Notes: generated from the sequence alone by a model not told the origin. A DNA stretch of 64,000 nucleotides from Fistulifera solaris (GCA_030295235.1 AP026133.1:868001-932000), one strand, 5' to 3'. Positions 48,700 through 61,794 are shown, numbered from the stretch's first letter. Translations and numbers: made by a program.

Positions 48700-49925
48700 T
48701 CAATTTCGTGGCTTTCGGAAAAGATTCGCATCGTCGGGCACTCTGGCCCACCATGGAATTCCTTCCTCGACATGTTCTTCTGAAGAATAGTTTTCCTCTT
48801 CTGTTGACCTCAGTTTCTCTTCGTTTTTCTTTACCTTGGTTCGATTACGTTTATCTTCGATAAGAACAGAACCTCGTCCGAAACGATGAACCATTGCCGT
48901 CCCTCTCAATTTTTCGGGACGAATGGCGTATCCATTAACCTTACTCATAGCTGCTTCCACTCGAAACTCCATGGCTTTCTTTATTGCTTTCAGTTCCGTC
49001 ACAAAGCGTTCCGATCTCATTACGTATGCACCCGCGCTCTGGGCTGCCACACGAATCATGGCATCATCACTGGCAACAATCAAGCTGCTGGTCAACTGCC
49101 CTTTTGTTATGTTCTTAGCGTCCGCACACCGCTTTTCAATGTAAGAATCCGCTTCAACGCCTACTCCGGTGTATACCACACGAACCCCGTACTTTGTCAC
49201 ATCTTTGCGTGTCGCTTGATCCATGGGTGTCGCTTTCGAGCCACCAGCGCTACTCCCCAACGGCCCCGTGAGACTGCGACCCGTTCCGTCAAAGACCACT
49301 TCCAGTCTCCATCCTTTCAAACTACGCAAATTTTCTAAATCATCGACCAGCAAATCACGTGCACGTTTTGTGTCCCCCTTGACCATGTGCTTTTTCAATC
49401 TCGACCATTGATGAATAATATTGTATCCATCGACTAGCACTAACGGAGCACTCGCTGTGCGATTCAAAATGACATCCCAGTCTGGATCCTGTCCTTTACG
49501 GCGGCGCTCTTCCGCTTTCTCTTCGATTTCTTCTTCATCCCACTGACGCCGATAGCTCGTCCGTCGCACTTGCCGAAAAGACGTTTGACCACTGCTCCGC
49601 TGTGCTTGTTTGTTGAGTTGAGCGTACATGATTTGTCGTCGGACTGGAACATTGATTTGGTTGGTGACACGGAGTGGTGCCGACGGAGAGGGGTATCGCC
49701 ACTGCTACAGGAAGAACTCGCGTTGGAACTGCTCTTTTGCGTTTCTTTTTGCCGTCGCCCTTGCCCATAAAAAAGTAGAGTTACTGGAGCGCGAGAAGTG
49801 CTAATGTATGAAGAGCCGTTCGAAAGCGCTGCTCCATGTTGTCTCATTTGATTCATAACAAAAGCGTGCGCAGAAAAGAAGAAAATGAGGAGAATTCCAA
49901 TACCAGTCCATTGCTTCCTTTTCAT
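48700..49925 (-). CDS. YacP/Rae1-like NYN-domain ribonuclease, probably plastid-targeted (indels in the 5' part)
   Basis: LVLVDGYNII, ARDLL, VVFDG, ADSYIE and VASDD motifs; signal peptide ending AHA-F. Confidence 0.85.
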
Positions 49926-51057
49926 GATCAAAGCAGATAGCTCTCTGTATATTGAATTTGAAGCATAAACATAATATTCTGTTCCTTTTCACGATTCTCT
50001 TTCGTTTATTCTTTTAAGAATAATCATCGACTGAGGACGTAATGCGACCGTTGGCCAATTGACCGAGTTGCGGCTTGCAAAATTGCAAGGTCAGTGCGGA
50101 ATTATGGGAGAAGCGGGCGACGGTGACGAGTGACGAGAGACGGATGACGTGTTCGCATCTCACTCAGAACTCGTAAGAAACTCCTACCGGTATCCAGCAG
50201 ACGAGCAGTAGTGGATCATGAGTCATGAGTAAATAATGGTAAACCCTGATACACCGCTTTTATGCGCATGTCAGCCTTGGTGTTCCCCTTGTCATTGTCA
50301 GGTGCTACATTGGTCGAAAATCGAGCTGTGAAAAGTATTCACCGTGCAATTATGACGACAAAATGAACGACCTTTGCATGTCAAAACCATCATCGAAGTA
50401 GGGTCCGAGTCTTGGCCTTTGGACGAATTCTTTTCATTATACAAAGAAAGAAAGATTTGCGACGACAGCATAGACTCAGACCATACTTTCATATCAAGGT
50501 AGACAAGCTAAAATCAGCATCGAGACGCGATTTTACGCGGTGATTTTTTCGTAGCATTTTTTTATCAGCACGAAGGTGAAGGGTTTGCCATTCGTGGGGG
50601 TGTGTGGTGTGTGGTGCGTGGTGGAAGGTGGACGCTAGAATGAATCTTCGTTTTAATGGCACTACTGTTAGAAAGAGAGAATTTTTATGTTTCTCTCAAT
50701 CAAGAGGATGTATTACTACTATGTATTCACCGAAAATACGCCCGATAAAAACAATGCCCAAGTGTCATGACAATTAGTGTGTGTTGGAGAATGAATAGAA
50801 CTTTATTTTAGGTTACCTTACAATTCGCATCTTGGATATTTCATAATATATGATAATGAGTACAGAAATCATCTTTGGGCCTCCCAATCGGGAGCATCTC
50901 TTTTGTAATCTCTTTTGTAACAGGAAACAGGAAACATTTTTTCATGTCATGGGAGGAGAAAGCCTCAATTGCAGTTCTCGACATTAATTTGATTGGCGAT
51001 CGAAAACATTTCTTATCATAATCTTGATCAAAACAGTCTCCATTTCAATTTTGAACA

Positions 51058-51575
51058 ATGCGACTTCGAAATTTCGTTCTTCACGCGCGTAGTTCTTCGT
51101 TCAGCAAAGAAGGTGCCGACTCGGAATGTCCGAAAGCATCGTCACCCTCGTTCTTTAAGAGCCGACCTTTTCCCTTTCAAAGAAAGTGTAGCCGAAAGGC
51201 ACTTGCGAGCACGATTGCAACCAAAAAGACTGTTTCCTTTGCTCCTCTCGTTAGCGTTATCCATGTACGAAGCTATGCAGAGACCATAAAGGATGAGTTG
51301 TGGTACAGCAAAGAAGACATTCAAACAATCAAAAGAAGAACTTATTCCTTGTCAATCAATACAAGAGCGGCTATTTCTTTGAAAGTAATCTAAACACATT
51401 CCTTGGGCTGGAGCAATATTTGATATTCGAGGAAGCACGATTCAGACGAGACTGTGTGTATGATGCTGTACTCGGTCTGCAGGATCGGTGGAAGGAGAAA
51501 AGTTTTCCATCAGATGCAGAGCGACTCGCGAAAGCTTACCGTAGAGTGCTTCAACGCACTATTGTCTCAGAATAG
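51058..51575 (+). CDS. Diatom-type hypothetical protein (KxVSF...LWY...GLE family), frameshifted
   Basis: KKTVSFAPLVSV..ELWYSKEDI, then in another frame GLEQYL...VYDAVLGLQ...AERLAKAYRR; 3' end uncertain. Confidence 0.6.
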
Positions 51576-52879
51576 GCACTGATGAGATATATGCCATGAA
51601 GAATGATCTGTCGCAGTCAATTTCGCGTTACGCCACCAACGGCTAGTTTCCGATCTCAAGCTTGCAAGAACAAGACGCGGATACTTGTTCACGCCGCCGC
51701 TCCCTGGCTTTTGCGGGCCATGTCACTCTTTGTCATCCTTTATGCAGCGGTGACGGTTAAACTAATTTCGACGTCGATTGGTCACAAGAGCGTACAATTT
51801 CTTGCTATCCCCATATGGTTTGAACCACCTTCTCTTCATGTATCGACTATCCAGTGCTTTTATTTTCTGACACGCAAAAGTGCGAATGTATAACCATCAG
51901 TTAGAATATGATCTGCTGAAAAGTTCTGCTCTGGATTTTTGGGGTAAGAGCGTGAAAATCAATTCTATTGTTAACACGCGAGACTGGGATCGAGTGAAGT
52001 CGGGTCTAACTGCCAATAGCGATTCGAGTTTCTGATTCAGTGATTCAGATGGGGGTCAGAAGTATCGTACCGTAGTGTATGTAAAGGCAGATTGCCGCTA
52101 AGCTTGATAAAGCTACAAGCTGTCGCAAAAGGTTTCTCTATTTCGACTTTCGGAATTTGATGTTTGAACGCTTGACGCAAGCTTGGCTTAACTCAATTAT
52201 CAGGTTGAAAGGCAACAGTGAATAGGGTTTGCCCAGTTGCTACGTAGTAGGCTTTAAACTAATCGCGGCATCGAAGACACGCTCTTTACTAGAGACTGCT
52301 TGGGAGCTCGAGTGATAGAGTGCAACGAGCAGTGGTTGGTTCACGGATCCAGCAAGGATAGTTCAAGTTCAAGTAGGTTACCTGGTACTGGTATTCAGGC
52401 TTCCAGGGGGAGGATTCGTGTTTCGTGTGCCATCCGTGATCTCTCATCCCTCATTCAATTCTACTTAGGATTTATCACTTAAGCCCACAAATTATCACCA
52501 CCTTTTGATCATTCTTTATGTTCTATGTTTATTTTATCGATCGATCTGTGATCCATGCAGTTTCGAACTGTGAACAGAGTACATTTCTCATGACTCTCGT
52601 CTCAATCTTTCTCAGGAACCTCTTTAGTTCGTGTACGGTGTACGGGGAAATTAAAGGCCTAACCCGAACCCCCGTACACAACTGCCCAAAGTCTTGTACC
52701 TAAAGAACATCCAATGGCCCCGGTATCTTTTGTCGCTTCAAAAGAATGAGGTCGATCATGAAGATAACGCCTTTTTATCATGATTTCATTGCCTTTGACT
52801 GGGATACCTTTCACATTCTTTGATCATTTCATCATTTAAAAACCTCTTTGTTTAAACAGAACAGAAAAGACTTTTTATC

Positions 52880-55732
52880 ATGACAGCCGGAGACCTTGAG
52901 AGCGGCGCAAAAGGCAAGATATTCGATCCAACGGACGCTGACACCGTCCTTGGCAGCCATTGCATTGTGTACGTCGAAACGGAAGATACGGAGAATGTTG
53001 AGAGTGAGATCGATGCCTGGATTGAAAACAATACAGTTGTCGTCTTTGGCAAATCGTGGTGTCCGTTCTGCAAGGACGTCATCGAGTTTTTGTCTCAGCG
53101 CCTCAATGTTGTTACGCACGTCGTCAACATGGATTCGATTAACGGCGGTTCGAAGATTGCTACGTACGTTCAAGAGAAGACACAGCACAAGACTGTTCCA
53201 GTCGTCTTTATTAATGGAAAATTCAGAGGTGGATGTGAAGATGTCAAGTCGAAACAAGAACAACTTGAAAAGAATTGCTGATGCATCGTAATACGACGCA
53301 TGAAGAAATCAAGAGCTTGGATGCCGCCAGATTGTCCCTCGAGTACCGATCGACTGCTCGTAATCCATTGTTCTGGTTTCCAAATACGGTCAACAATCGC
53401 GTTGTTCGACTCACAGGTTTTCAAGTCTTTGTTTGTAGCGTCCTTTCGGCAGCCTTTCATACGGAGCTTTGGGGTCGCTATCTCGCCGTCTTTCTGTTGG
53501 TGGATTTCGGTCTCCGTATGTCCGTTGGAAGCTTTCTTTCCCCGCTCGGAATGATCGCTACGGTCGTAGCGAGCCCGTTCGCTCCCACCTTCCGACCGGG
53601 TGCACCCAAGCAGTTTGCTTCCTTCTGTGGTCTCACCTTTTCGCTCCTGGCCACCATCTTTTATTTTGCGAAATTCGAATACCACGAGGTCGTGGGTGCT
53701 ATTTGGATTGCCATGATCGCGGGTGCGTCCGGATTGGAAGCCTTCTGTGACTTTTGCTTGGGTTGTGTGTTTTTGGTCTCGGTATTCAGTTCGGACTCCT
53801 TCCCGACGACTGTTACCGCATTCATACACAAACGATTCGTGAAACGCAAGAGTCGTATGACTACAAGATGACCAATCAAAATGTTCCAGCTCCGGTCGCA
53901 ATCGACACCAATCCCTCTGATCCGACTGCACTCAAGTACAAGGTCAAGACCGACGAGTGGACGAAGAATGACTTTGATCCTATCAAGCACATGCAGGTCG
54001 GCTACTTTGCCATGCCTTTGTCGCTTGCGGGTCTCGCCGTGGCATTTAAGATGGCGACGGTAAAGGGAATGCAAGATTTGGTCGTACAAGAAGAATACTA
54101 CTACGTGATCAGCTCACTCGCCGCCGGTATCATGGCAGTTTTCGTTGGCTTGTACGGTCTACGCTTGGCCATGTATCCACACAAGTGTTGGACGGAATGG
54201 GTGAGCCCTCTTCATTCCAACAGCTTTGGAGCTATTACTATCACATTGCTGCTCTTTGCGTTCTTGGTGCACGATGATTTGGATGCAGAAAACAATACAA
54301 CCGGTCGCGTCTTGTTCTGGTGTGGTGCTATCGGACAGACTTTCATCACGGTCGCCAAGACGGGAGAGTGGGTTGGTCGACGCTTAGAGACCGAACACAT
54401 TCATGCGCATTGGATGATTGTTCCAGTTGGCTTGGCTGTGGCTTCCTTAGTGGCTTCCACTATCGAACCGTTTGCGACGGAGGAAAATTCCAACTCGAAA
54501 GGAAACCTGATGCTGGCTCGGTTTTTTCAGTCGTTTGGCTCGCTTATGTGGATTGCTCTGTTTGCCGTCACCTTTTTAAGACGGTAATTGATCACAACAG
54601 CGACAACCGTGTTCGCCATGGCGTTTGGATCTGGTTGGCTGCCCCGTGTATGATTGGCCTCTCGCAGTACAACATTTGCATTCAAGAGAATATCGTGAAC
54701 TCGACATGCGAAGGTGACTTTGCGACCTATTACTTTATCGGCTTATTTTTTCTCATGGGACTATGCTATGCTGGTCTCTCCGAGTACGCTTTCTTTGGCC
54801 AGGACACGTTCAACTTTGGCTACTGGATCGAGTGCTTCGCCTTGGATGCATTGGCTGCTTGTGCTTGTTTGTTCTACGCACTAAATGGCTGGCGTATCAG
54901 TCAAAACTTGCAGTGGCTTGCTCTTTGTGCGGCTGCAGTTTGTAACTTTTGTGCCCTCTGCCACACCCTTGTTGGAATCGTCAACCAGCGCGGTGTATTT
55001 ACTCCAGAGATGAAATGGGGACCTCTTTCGTTCATGAAATTGACACATGAAGCTTTCCGGGGCAACATCGAAACGCTTAAGCACTATCTCCAGTCTTCTA
55101 ACCTTGTGACAGAAGAAGGACGTCACTGCGTCGATATGTTTGCTGTTCATTTCCAGCGATTCCGAATCTTGCATGAAGAACACGCCAAGCACGAAGACGA
55201 GATCATTTTCAAGACTTTTAACGATTTCTTTCCCCAGCACGCCAAAAAGTGGAACGACGATCACAGCGAAGACCACGCCCATTTGGATCGCTGGGTGAGC
55301 CTAGCCAATAAGCTTCTCGACACCTCGCTCACCCTTGCCGAACGGGAAAGTGCGCTTACGCAGTTGCAGCAGCAGATCACTCCATGGTTTGGTCACTTTG
55401 AAGGGCATTTACGCGGCGAGGAAGATCATTTGAACCCAGTTGGACGCAAGTATCTTCCCTTGGCTGTTATGAAAGAAATGTCGCGCAAGACATGGGAAAT
55501 TACTCCGGCCGATCGCTGGGAAGTCATCATTCCTTTCATCGTGAACAATTTGCCCCGCCACGAGCAGCGCGTTCGCTATTTGAAGGTTCTGACCTGGAGC
55601 TTGCAAGAGCGCGCGCAGCAGATTGGTGCCATTTTGTACCGTCACACGGATGCTGTGATGTGGGAACGTTTGACCCGTGAAGTTCCCGAGATTATCCCCC
55701 GTGGCGTTCCAGGATGGCGCCGTTATTACTAA
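52880..55732 (+). CDS. Multidomain membrane protein: glutaredoxin + DUF4395 + SLAC1/TDT-type anion channel + hemerythrin (HHE) domain
   Basis: Grx: KSWCPFC, TVPVVFINGKFRGGC. DUF4395: VRLTG, DFGLR, GAPKQFA, LEAFCDFCLGC. TDT: YFAMPLSLAGLAVAFK, EW..PLHSN, WMIVPVG, WIWLAAP, GYWIECFAL. HHE: HEAFR, HAKHEDEIIF, DH, HLRGEE. Four overlapping ORFs joined by indels at A/T runs (~53268, ~53772, ~54575). Confidence 0.8.
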
Positions 55733-56366
55733 GGCGACGATCTTACATAATTACACGTTCAGTCTTCGATAGTGCAACAGCATTATTTGAATACTTGTTC
55801 GTTTGCTGATCGATAACCTTGATGATTTCAAAACGGAAGAAGAAGTGATGTTCTTTGTAATAGCGGATAGCGGCGGTTTAAACCGCATTTATCACAAAGG
55901 CCGCATCCTCCACTCTCTACAACTCGTCCATTATCTCAGTGCCCATCATCCAGCATCCATCCGCCCATGCCATGGCATGGTGCCTTTCCTTCGTCCTTCG
56001 TCCTTCGTCGTCCGTCTCCACCCTTGTCTGATAGCTGATGGTGTAAAGTCACTGGTTTGAATCTGGCACTGAGTTTGTTATGACTAGCTCTCGCGACAAT
56101 TTATATTGCCTACTAAATGTATCGGAGAAACACTTTGCGTATTTTGTACGGAGCATTTAAATCCACCACGTTTGCGGAGTAATAATATCGATTGCTTTTG
56201 ACAAGAAATACTCCGTTAACCGAGGAAGCCACAAGCCAAACGCCGCCTCGGTGAGGCTGCGTTAGCGCTTATCATCTATCCTCTCATTATTTTTCCTTGA
56301 AACTTCGTCCTGAAAACAGCGTCGCATGTTCACATCACATTCGCTGAAATAACTTCGTTGAAAGCC

Positions 56367-57047
56367 ATGAAACCTCGAACATCAAGTGACTTAAATAATC
56401 TTGCTATTTTGCTTTTGCAAAGCAACTGCTTTCGCCCTGCCTTAACAGCGTTCCAAGATGGAGAAGTGTTGCAGCAGAAGAAATGTTTGCCTTCACAACG
56501 ACGTTATTCTGCAGAAGCCGTCCCGCCACCGATGGCGCGAGCAGTATCCACTGAAGCCGTTGATGTGAATGATATTTCTAGAATGCCTTGTGCAAGGTCG
56601 CTACTTGAATTTCTGAAAGTCACGACGTCCCGGAAAATTTTACTTCTTGTTCGACTGCCAAGGAAGTCGCCATTTGCTAAAGCAGTCCTACATTACAATC
56701 AGGCAATGGCACACCTTGCCGCATCGTCGGCGAATAACAAAGAGAATGTCGAACAGTGCAAAGCCGAAGTAAAACATTTCCTTGAACTTGCATCCGTCAC
56801 CTTACAAAAATGGTACGCATACCTCACTAAGGTGAATGCTGGGCATTCGAATCTCATGAGGGAAACTTTGATGCTACTAATGTTGGTAACATACACACTT
56901 TACCAATGGACGGGCGTTCCATCACTCACTCGCCGAATTCATGCAATACAAGCTCTTATATCCTCCAACGATTCGCAGAACAGCGTTCTAGGTGTTGGAG
57001 AGGCGCCGCTCAGTGCCAGTCCGTTAAACGCAGTCGTAACAGTTTGA
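56367..57047 (+). CDS. Hypothetical helical (TPR-like) protein, paralog A
   Basis: SDLNNLAILLLQSNC, LVRLPRKSPF, YNQAMAHL and LQKW shared with 57687-58397. Confidence 0.65.
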   Translation: MKPRTSSDLNNLAILLLQSNCFRPALTAFQDGEVLQQKKCLPSQRRYSAEAVPPPMARAVSTEAVDVNDISRMPCARSLLEFLKVTTSRKILLLVRLPRKSPFAKAVLHYNQAMAHLAASSANNKENVEQCKAEVKHFLELASVTLQKWYAYLTKVNAGHSNLMRETLMLLMLVTYTLYQWTGVPSLTRRIHAIQALISSNDSQNSVLGVGEAPLSASPLNAVVTV

Positions 57048-57686
57048 GTTGCCCGCTGCTTTTGCTCGAGCAATGTTGGACGAACAAAGCCCTCTACAAT
57101 TGAATACATACATTGTCATACAAATTTACTGCGAAAAGACTTAATTTGATTCACATGAGATCTATGTCATGTTTAGCGACTCTTCATTTTTTCCATGGAA
57201 AGTTAACTAGTCCGTCACTCTTTTTCTTCCGCTTTTTCTTGCGGAAAAAGTGAAGCGGGGTGGGTCACATCGTCACATCTGCCGTCAGCGACAAGTCAGA
57301 TGCTCTCGCGAGAGCGAATTATCACTGGATTAGGAGATAATACACTTTACTTTATAGTGGAACATTCACGGTACTGAAGAGTTTTTCTTTTCTCTACCTC
57401 CTGTTCCATGTTCTCTATTCCTCCGCCCCTCCCCCCGACACCGACTAAAAGACCGCGCTTGACGCTCGTTGCTCGTTACCATCAACCGCAACGCAAGCCA
57501 TTCAAAAGGAAAGAAACAAAACCAAAATACTCCGACGTAACAACGATAGACATACTACGCCTTGCTTCTCAGAGCAATAGGAACGACAAATTTATTTCAG
57601 AGTCGTGTGTTGATCCTCGTCAACAACTTACACGGCAAACGACCCCCTTGTATTTTCTTCGTTTGCAATCTGCTTTAACCAGAACG

Positions 57687-58397
57687 ATGAAATCGCGAAG
57701 CGATTTGAACAACCGAGGAATTGTATTGTTACAAAGCAACTGCATTGCCGGCGCTTGTCAAGTTTTTGAAGAAGCTGTGAGGAAAACAACAAACGTACCT
57801 CGCTCTCGAAGAACTACGACCGAGGCATTACCGCACCGTTCTGTGAATTCTTCGTCTCACGTTATAGACTTCCATACCTTGGAAAATAGTGCCGATGCGA
57901 AAGCTCTGTTACTTCTGATGCACCAGGCTTCAATTGTTTTGATTCGACTGCCTCGCGAGTGTCCGTTTACTGCTGCTGTCGTTCCTTATAACGCAGCCAT
58001 GTCGCAATTATCTTTGGCTGCAGTCTGTGTTCTAAATACGATCAAGGCGGAAGAATGCCGGGAAGAAGCGAAACGATGGCTTGATCAGTCGCAACAAAAA
58101 CTACAAAAGTGGTGTACTATTTTGGCCCGTAAATGCTCCATTCTGCAATCTACTTGTGAGAAGAATTTGGAATTAGCTGCATTGCTGCGCACGGCCGTTC
58201 TCTTGCAATTGTGGGTCACTGTCACATTGTGCCGTCTATGCCCGAGTAAGGAACGACACAACGAAATTCAGCAAATACAATTATTTTTACTGAATCATGA
58301 TCAGAGGCAGCGACTTCAACAAGGCGTGCGGATAGAACCTCCTCCCATTTCGCCGTCTTCCACAAAGGCACAAGCGCCCAGCAAAACTGCGGCGTGA
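57687..58397 (+). CDS. Hypothetical helical (TPR-like) protein, paralog B
   Basis: SDLNNRGIVLLQSNC, LIRLPRECPF, YNAAMSQL, LQKW; start taken at MKSRSDLNN by analogy with A. Confidence 0.65.
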   Translation: MKSRSDLNNRGIVLLQSNCIAGACQVFEEAVRKTTNVPRSRRTTTEALPHRSVNSSSHVIDFHTLENSADAKALLLLMHQASIVLIRLPRECPFTAAVVPYNAAMSQLSLAAVCVLNTIKAEECREEAKRWLDQSQQKLQKWCTILARKCSILQSTCEKNLELAALLRTAVLLQLWVTVTLCRLCPSKERHNEIQQIQLFLLNHDQRQRLQQGVRIEPPPISPSSTKAQAPSKTAA

Positions 58398-58535
58398 CAC
58401 AATTAACAAGGCTACAAGAACTCAGAATATGTAAAACTAGTTGTTTCAAAAGTCAATTAAACTACTTTCAAAGAGTCATTTCAGCGTTTGCAAATCGCTG
58501 AATCGCTCAGACTATGTTACTCCACAATGAACGAC

Positions 58536-60440
58536 TCAGGCCGAGGGCGTCAAAGAAGACGTACTCGTGGCATTTCGATTTTCTACAGATGTCTGTACGT
58601 AGATTTGCTCAAACAGCTTCTCATCTTCCGCATCATTCAATACAATCGAAGGTTTCGACTCCACTATTTGTTCGTTTAACAATGCTTGATCGCGATCCAA
58701 CTGCTCCAAGACACTGTCGACAGTTTCCACTTTGATCTCTGTTTGTGTTTGCATTTCATGGAACGAGCCTTGCTTGGCGGTTTCGGGGATATCGCCCAAA
58801 ACGCGCTTGCCAAGTAGTTTCGCCACACGGCCTACGGTGTTTTTCAATGCAAAAGTCACCACAAGATCCACACCCAATACAAGCTTACGTCGCAAACTCT
58901 TTTTCTTCTTCTCTTCTTTGGCTTGCGATTGCTTGACGCGTTTCAATTCTTCACGTCGGACCATGCCCTTCGTCACAGCCCCCACGACGTTGAGTGTCGG
59001 ACACGGGCTAGTGACTGCCTTCAACTCGGGCCATTCCGCACCTGTGATCTTGGTAGCATAGTGAAAAAGTAATGTGGCTCGGTCGACGTCCAAAACTTTG
59101 GCACTTTGATCGTTTTCAAAAATAGAGTCCCACCCGCCACCGGCGCCTCCTCCACCACTAATTTGTCCATTTTGCTCCAACGCACGTTTACCACGACCTT
59201 CACGGGGGCCACCATTCCAGCCCCAGTACACACCCGACTTTGCGCAGCGCGGATCGTGCGCTGTTTGAAAGAGCCGTTGACCGGCTTCGTGTTCTCCCAC
59301 AAAGCCCCCTATATGAGTTGAAAAAAATCAAAGCGTGAGCTCGGCAGGCACGTCCGGCGAAAGAGCCATGATTCACACGTACCAGTAATAAACTTCATAA
59401 AGACCGGAAAGTATTGTCGAAACCAGGCTCGCTTTTCGCGAAACAAGGGCGATTCCGCAATGCATCCAGGATACATGCTACTGAACGAGATACCCGTCAG
59501 TTTGTGATACTTGGTGTGCAAGTAGTTGGCCATCATCATCAAGCACAATTTAGAGTCTTTGTACGCCTTGGCTCCGATAAAATCGTACCCGTCAATCATG
59601 CTAATCGGATTGGTGAAGCCCTGTGCAAAGCCTTCCAACTCGTGCAGATCTGCAATGGGATAAACGCCACCACCACCGACGGTATTGTCATTTCCGGTGA
59701 CACTCCCCACCATGATGACTCTCGCATCGGGTGCATCACGCAAAGCGGGTAAGAGTCTGGAAATCATGAGAAAATGACTCAAAAGTTGATTTGCATGGTC
59801 TGCTCGTGATTGTCGACCGACCACTTGGGATAAGGAAGACTTGGTTGGTAGACACCAGCGTTGCACAAGAGTCGATCAATGGGCTTTCCTAAACGAAATT
59901 CGTCCAGTTGATCACAAAACTTGCGAACACTATCAAAAGAGTTCATTTCGCAATACATGGGAGTAAAGTTGTCCGTGTCAAAGCCATCAACTTCCATGAC
60001 GGCTTCCATCTTGTCCATGCTATTTGTGTTTGAAGAAAACGCAGTGAGTCAAAAGTATCTCCACCGGGATCAAAGGCGCAAGAAAGATGGGACACACGCA
60101 AACATATCATCCCTAAAACTTACTCTCGCACGGCTCCGACGACGTGATATTCTCCCGATAGCAATAAGGCTTGTGCGGCTTTGCGACCCAAACCCGACGA
60201 GGCACCGGTCAAGACGACCAATTCTACATTGATTCACAAAGAGAAAACGATGAGCGAATGTGCTTGACTGGTAAAGAACTGCGCTATTTTTTGTAACTTA
60301 CTCTTGTCACCGAAACGCTCTTCGGCAGCTTTTGCGTTCGGATCGTACGTTGGCAATTTCCATCCTTGCATGAATTGAAAGGCATTCGTCGTGCCAAGGA
60401 TAGCGATCCATAACGAAAGATTGAAAAGACCACGCATCAT
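58536..60440 (-). CDS. por: Light-dependent protochlorophyllide oxidoreductase with a C-terminal extension (3 introns; indel near 59782)
   Basis: Presequence ending TNA-F; LTGASSGLG, LLCNAGVYQP, VGSVTGN, KAYKDSK, SMYPGCIAESPLFRE, AGQRL and KSGVYWGWN motifs. Confidence 0.93.
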
Positions 60441-61021
60441 TTAACAACTTTACTGCACAATATAAACGTCGACAGGTGAGAAAAAAAAGATTGTCAAAAT
60501 ATTATGATATCTTGTTGTTCTCTTTGCGATGCTGTCCTGTTTGTGATGGCCGCTTATGGTGAAACGTATGTTTTCCTTTTTTTCCCACCCTGTTTTGAAT
60601 GGTTGAAGTTTTAGACGAAGATACCAAGACGAACCCGGTTATACTACAGTAAGAACTATAGTCGATGTCGTGTGTCTGTTCTATGCACATTCGACGGAAT
60701 GCTTCTGTCACACCGAACCCAAGATACTTAGGGGTGTTTCTGAGAAATCGAAAGGAAAGAACGAAACAACCGGCTGGTGGCTGGACGGTGATGGGAGAAA
60801 GATCGCGCAGAAAAGATGATGCGATTGATGGACTGCGTTGAAGAAAGCAATCAACTGCGCCATTAATTTTTGTTCATAAATTCCATTCTTTTACCTTTCG
60901 TGGTCACTTGCTTGGTGTTTATACTCCAACTCTTCTCCAGAATCGTCGAAAATAGTCACTCGCTCGTCGATATCCGCCTTGACTATTCATCAGCAAGATG
61001 CGTTCGCTTTCGGCATCCGTA

Positions 61022-61734
61022 ATGTTGTGGCTTTATTATTGCTGCCTCTATCCAGTCGCAAGTTTCTCTTTGCACCAATTATCCGCACCTTTGACTTCGT
61101 CTTCGTCGACGACGACTCGTCTCTATTCAACCAAAGAAGCTCGACCGGGATATCAGCCGAAATGGAAAAGAAGGCCACTCTCGCCGAACAAATGGGCGGC
61201 ACGCCTTCGGATCTCTCACAGATTGGACTCAAAGGGGATATTCCGGTCGTCTTTCAACAAGGAAATGTCACCAAATCAACCGTCGCTTTTGCCGGACAGC
61301 CACTGCGGGATGTTGCTACGCAAGCGGGTCAATACATTCGATACGGATGTGGAAAAGGAGAATGCGGTACGTGTGAGTGCATGGTTGATGGTCAGTGGAT
61401 TCGTCCGTGTGTCGCCACCATCCCTCCACGGGCCAGCCAAGATGCTCCGCCCTACATGGTACGTCTTAAAGAACAAACTACGAAAACCGTCAGTTCCGGA
61501 AAGTTTTATACCGCCCGCAGTTTCGTATTGGGATTTTGGAACAATCTCCTCGGGATGGTGGGTTTCGTCAAGGCGCGCCGAGACGCGAAACGGAGCTGGG
61601 AGGAGCGACTGGAATATGAAGAGTTGATCCGTGTGAAAACATTGGAAAAACGACAGGCTCGGTTGGAGCGAGAACTTGCGGCGCAACTGAAGGAGGAAAA
61701 GGCAAACGGAAGCTGTTCGAATTTATCGCCTTAA
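61022..61734 (+). CDS. 2Fe-2S ferredoxin-like domain protein, probably plastid-targeted (indel near 61160)
   Basis: AGQPLRDVATQAGQYIRYGCGKGECGTCE...WIRPCV (Cx4Cx2C...C); signal ending VAS-F; C-terminal coiled coil. Confidence 0.82.
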
Positions 61735-61794
61735 AACCAGCGTCAGAGAATCAAACTTAAATGTAATTCACTAAAAACGATTTCATTTCTAAGT

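Noticed and set aside
48700..49925. NYN nuclease as the processing enzyme for the hairpin array
   Set aside because: It is 24 kb away, appears plastid-targeted and looks like an ordinary YacP/Rae1 homolog; nothing links the two.
53260..54590. Programmed ribosomal frameshifting in the Grx-SLAC1 fusion
   Set aside because: The same kind of homopolymer indel affects many unrelated housekeeping genes, so sequencing error is simpler.
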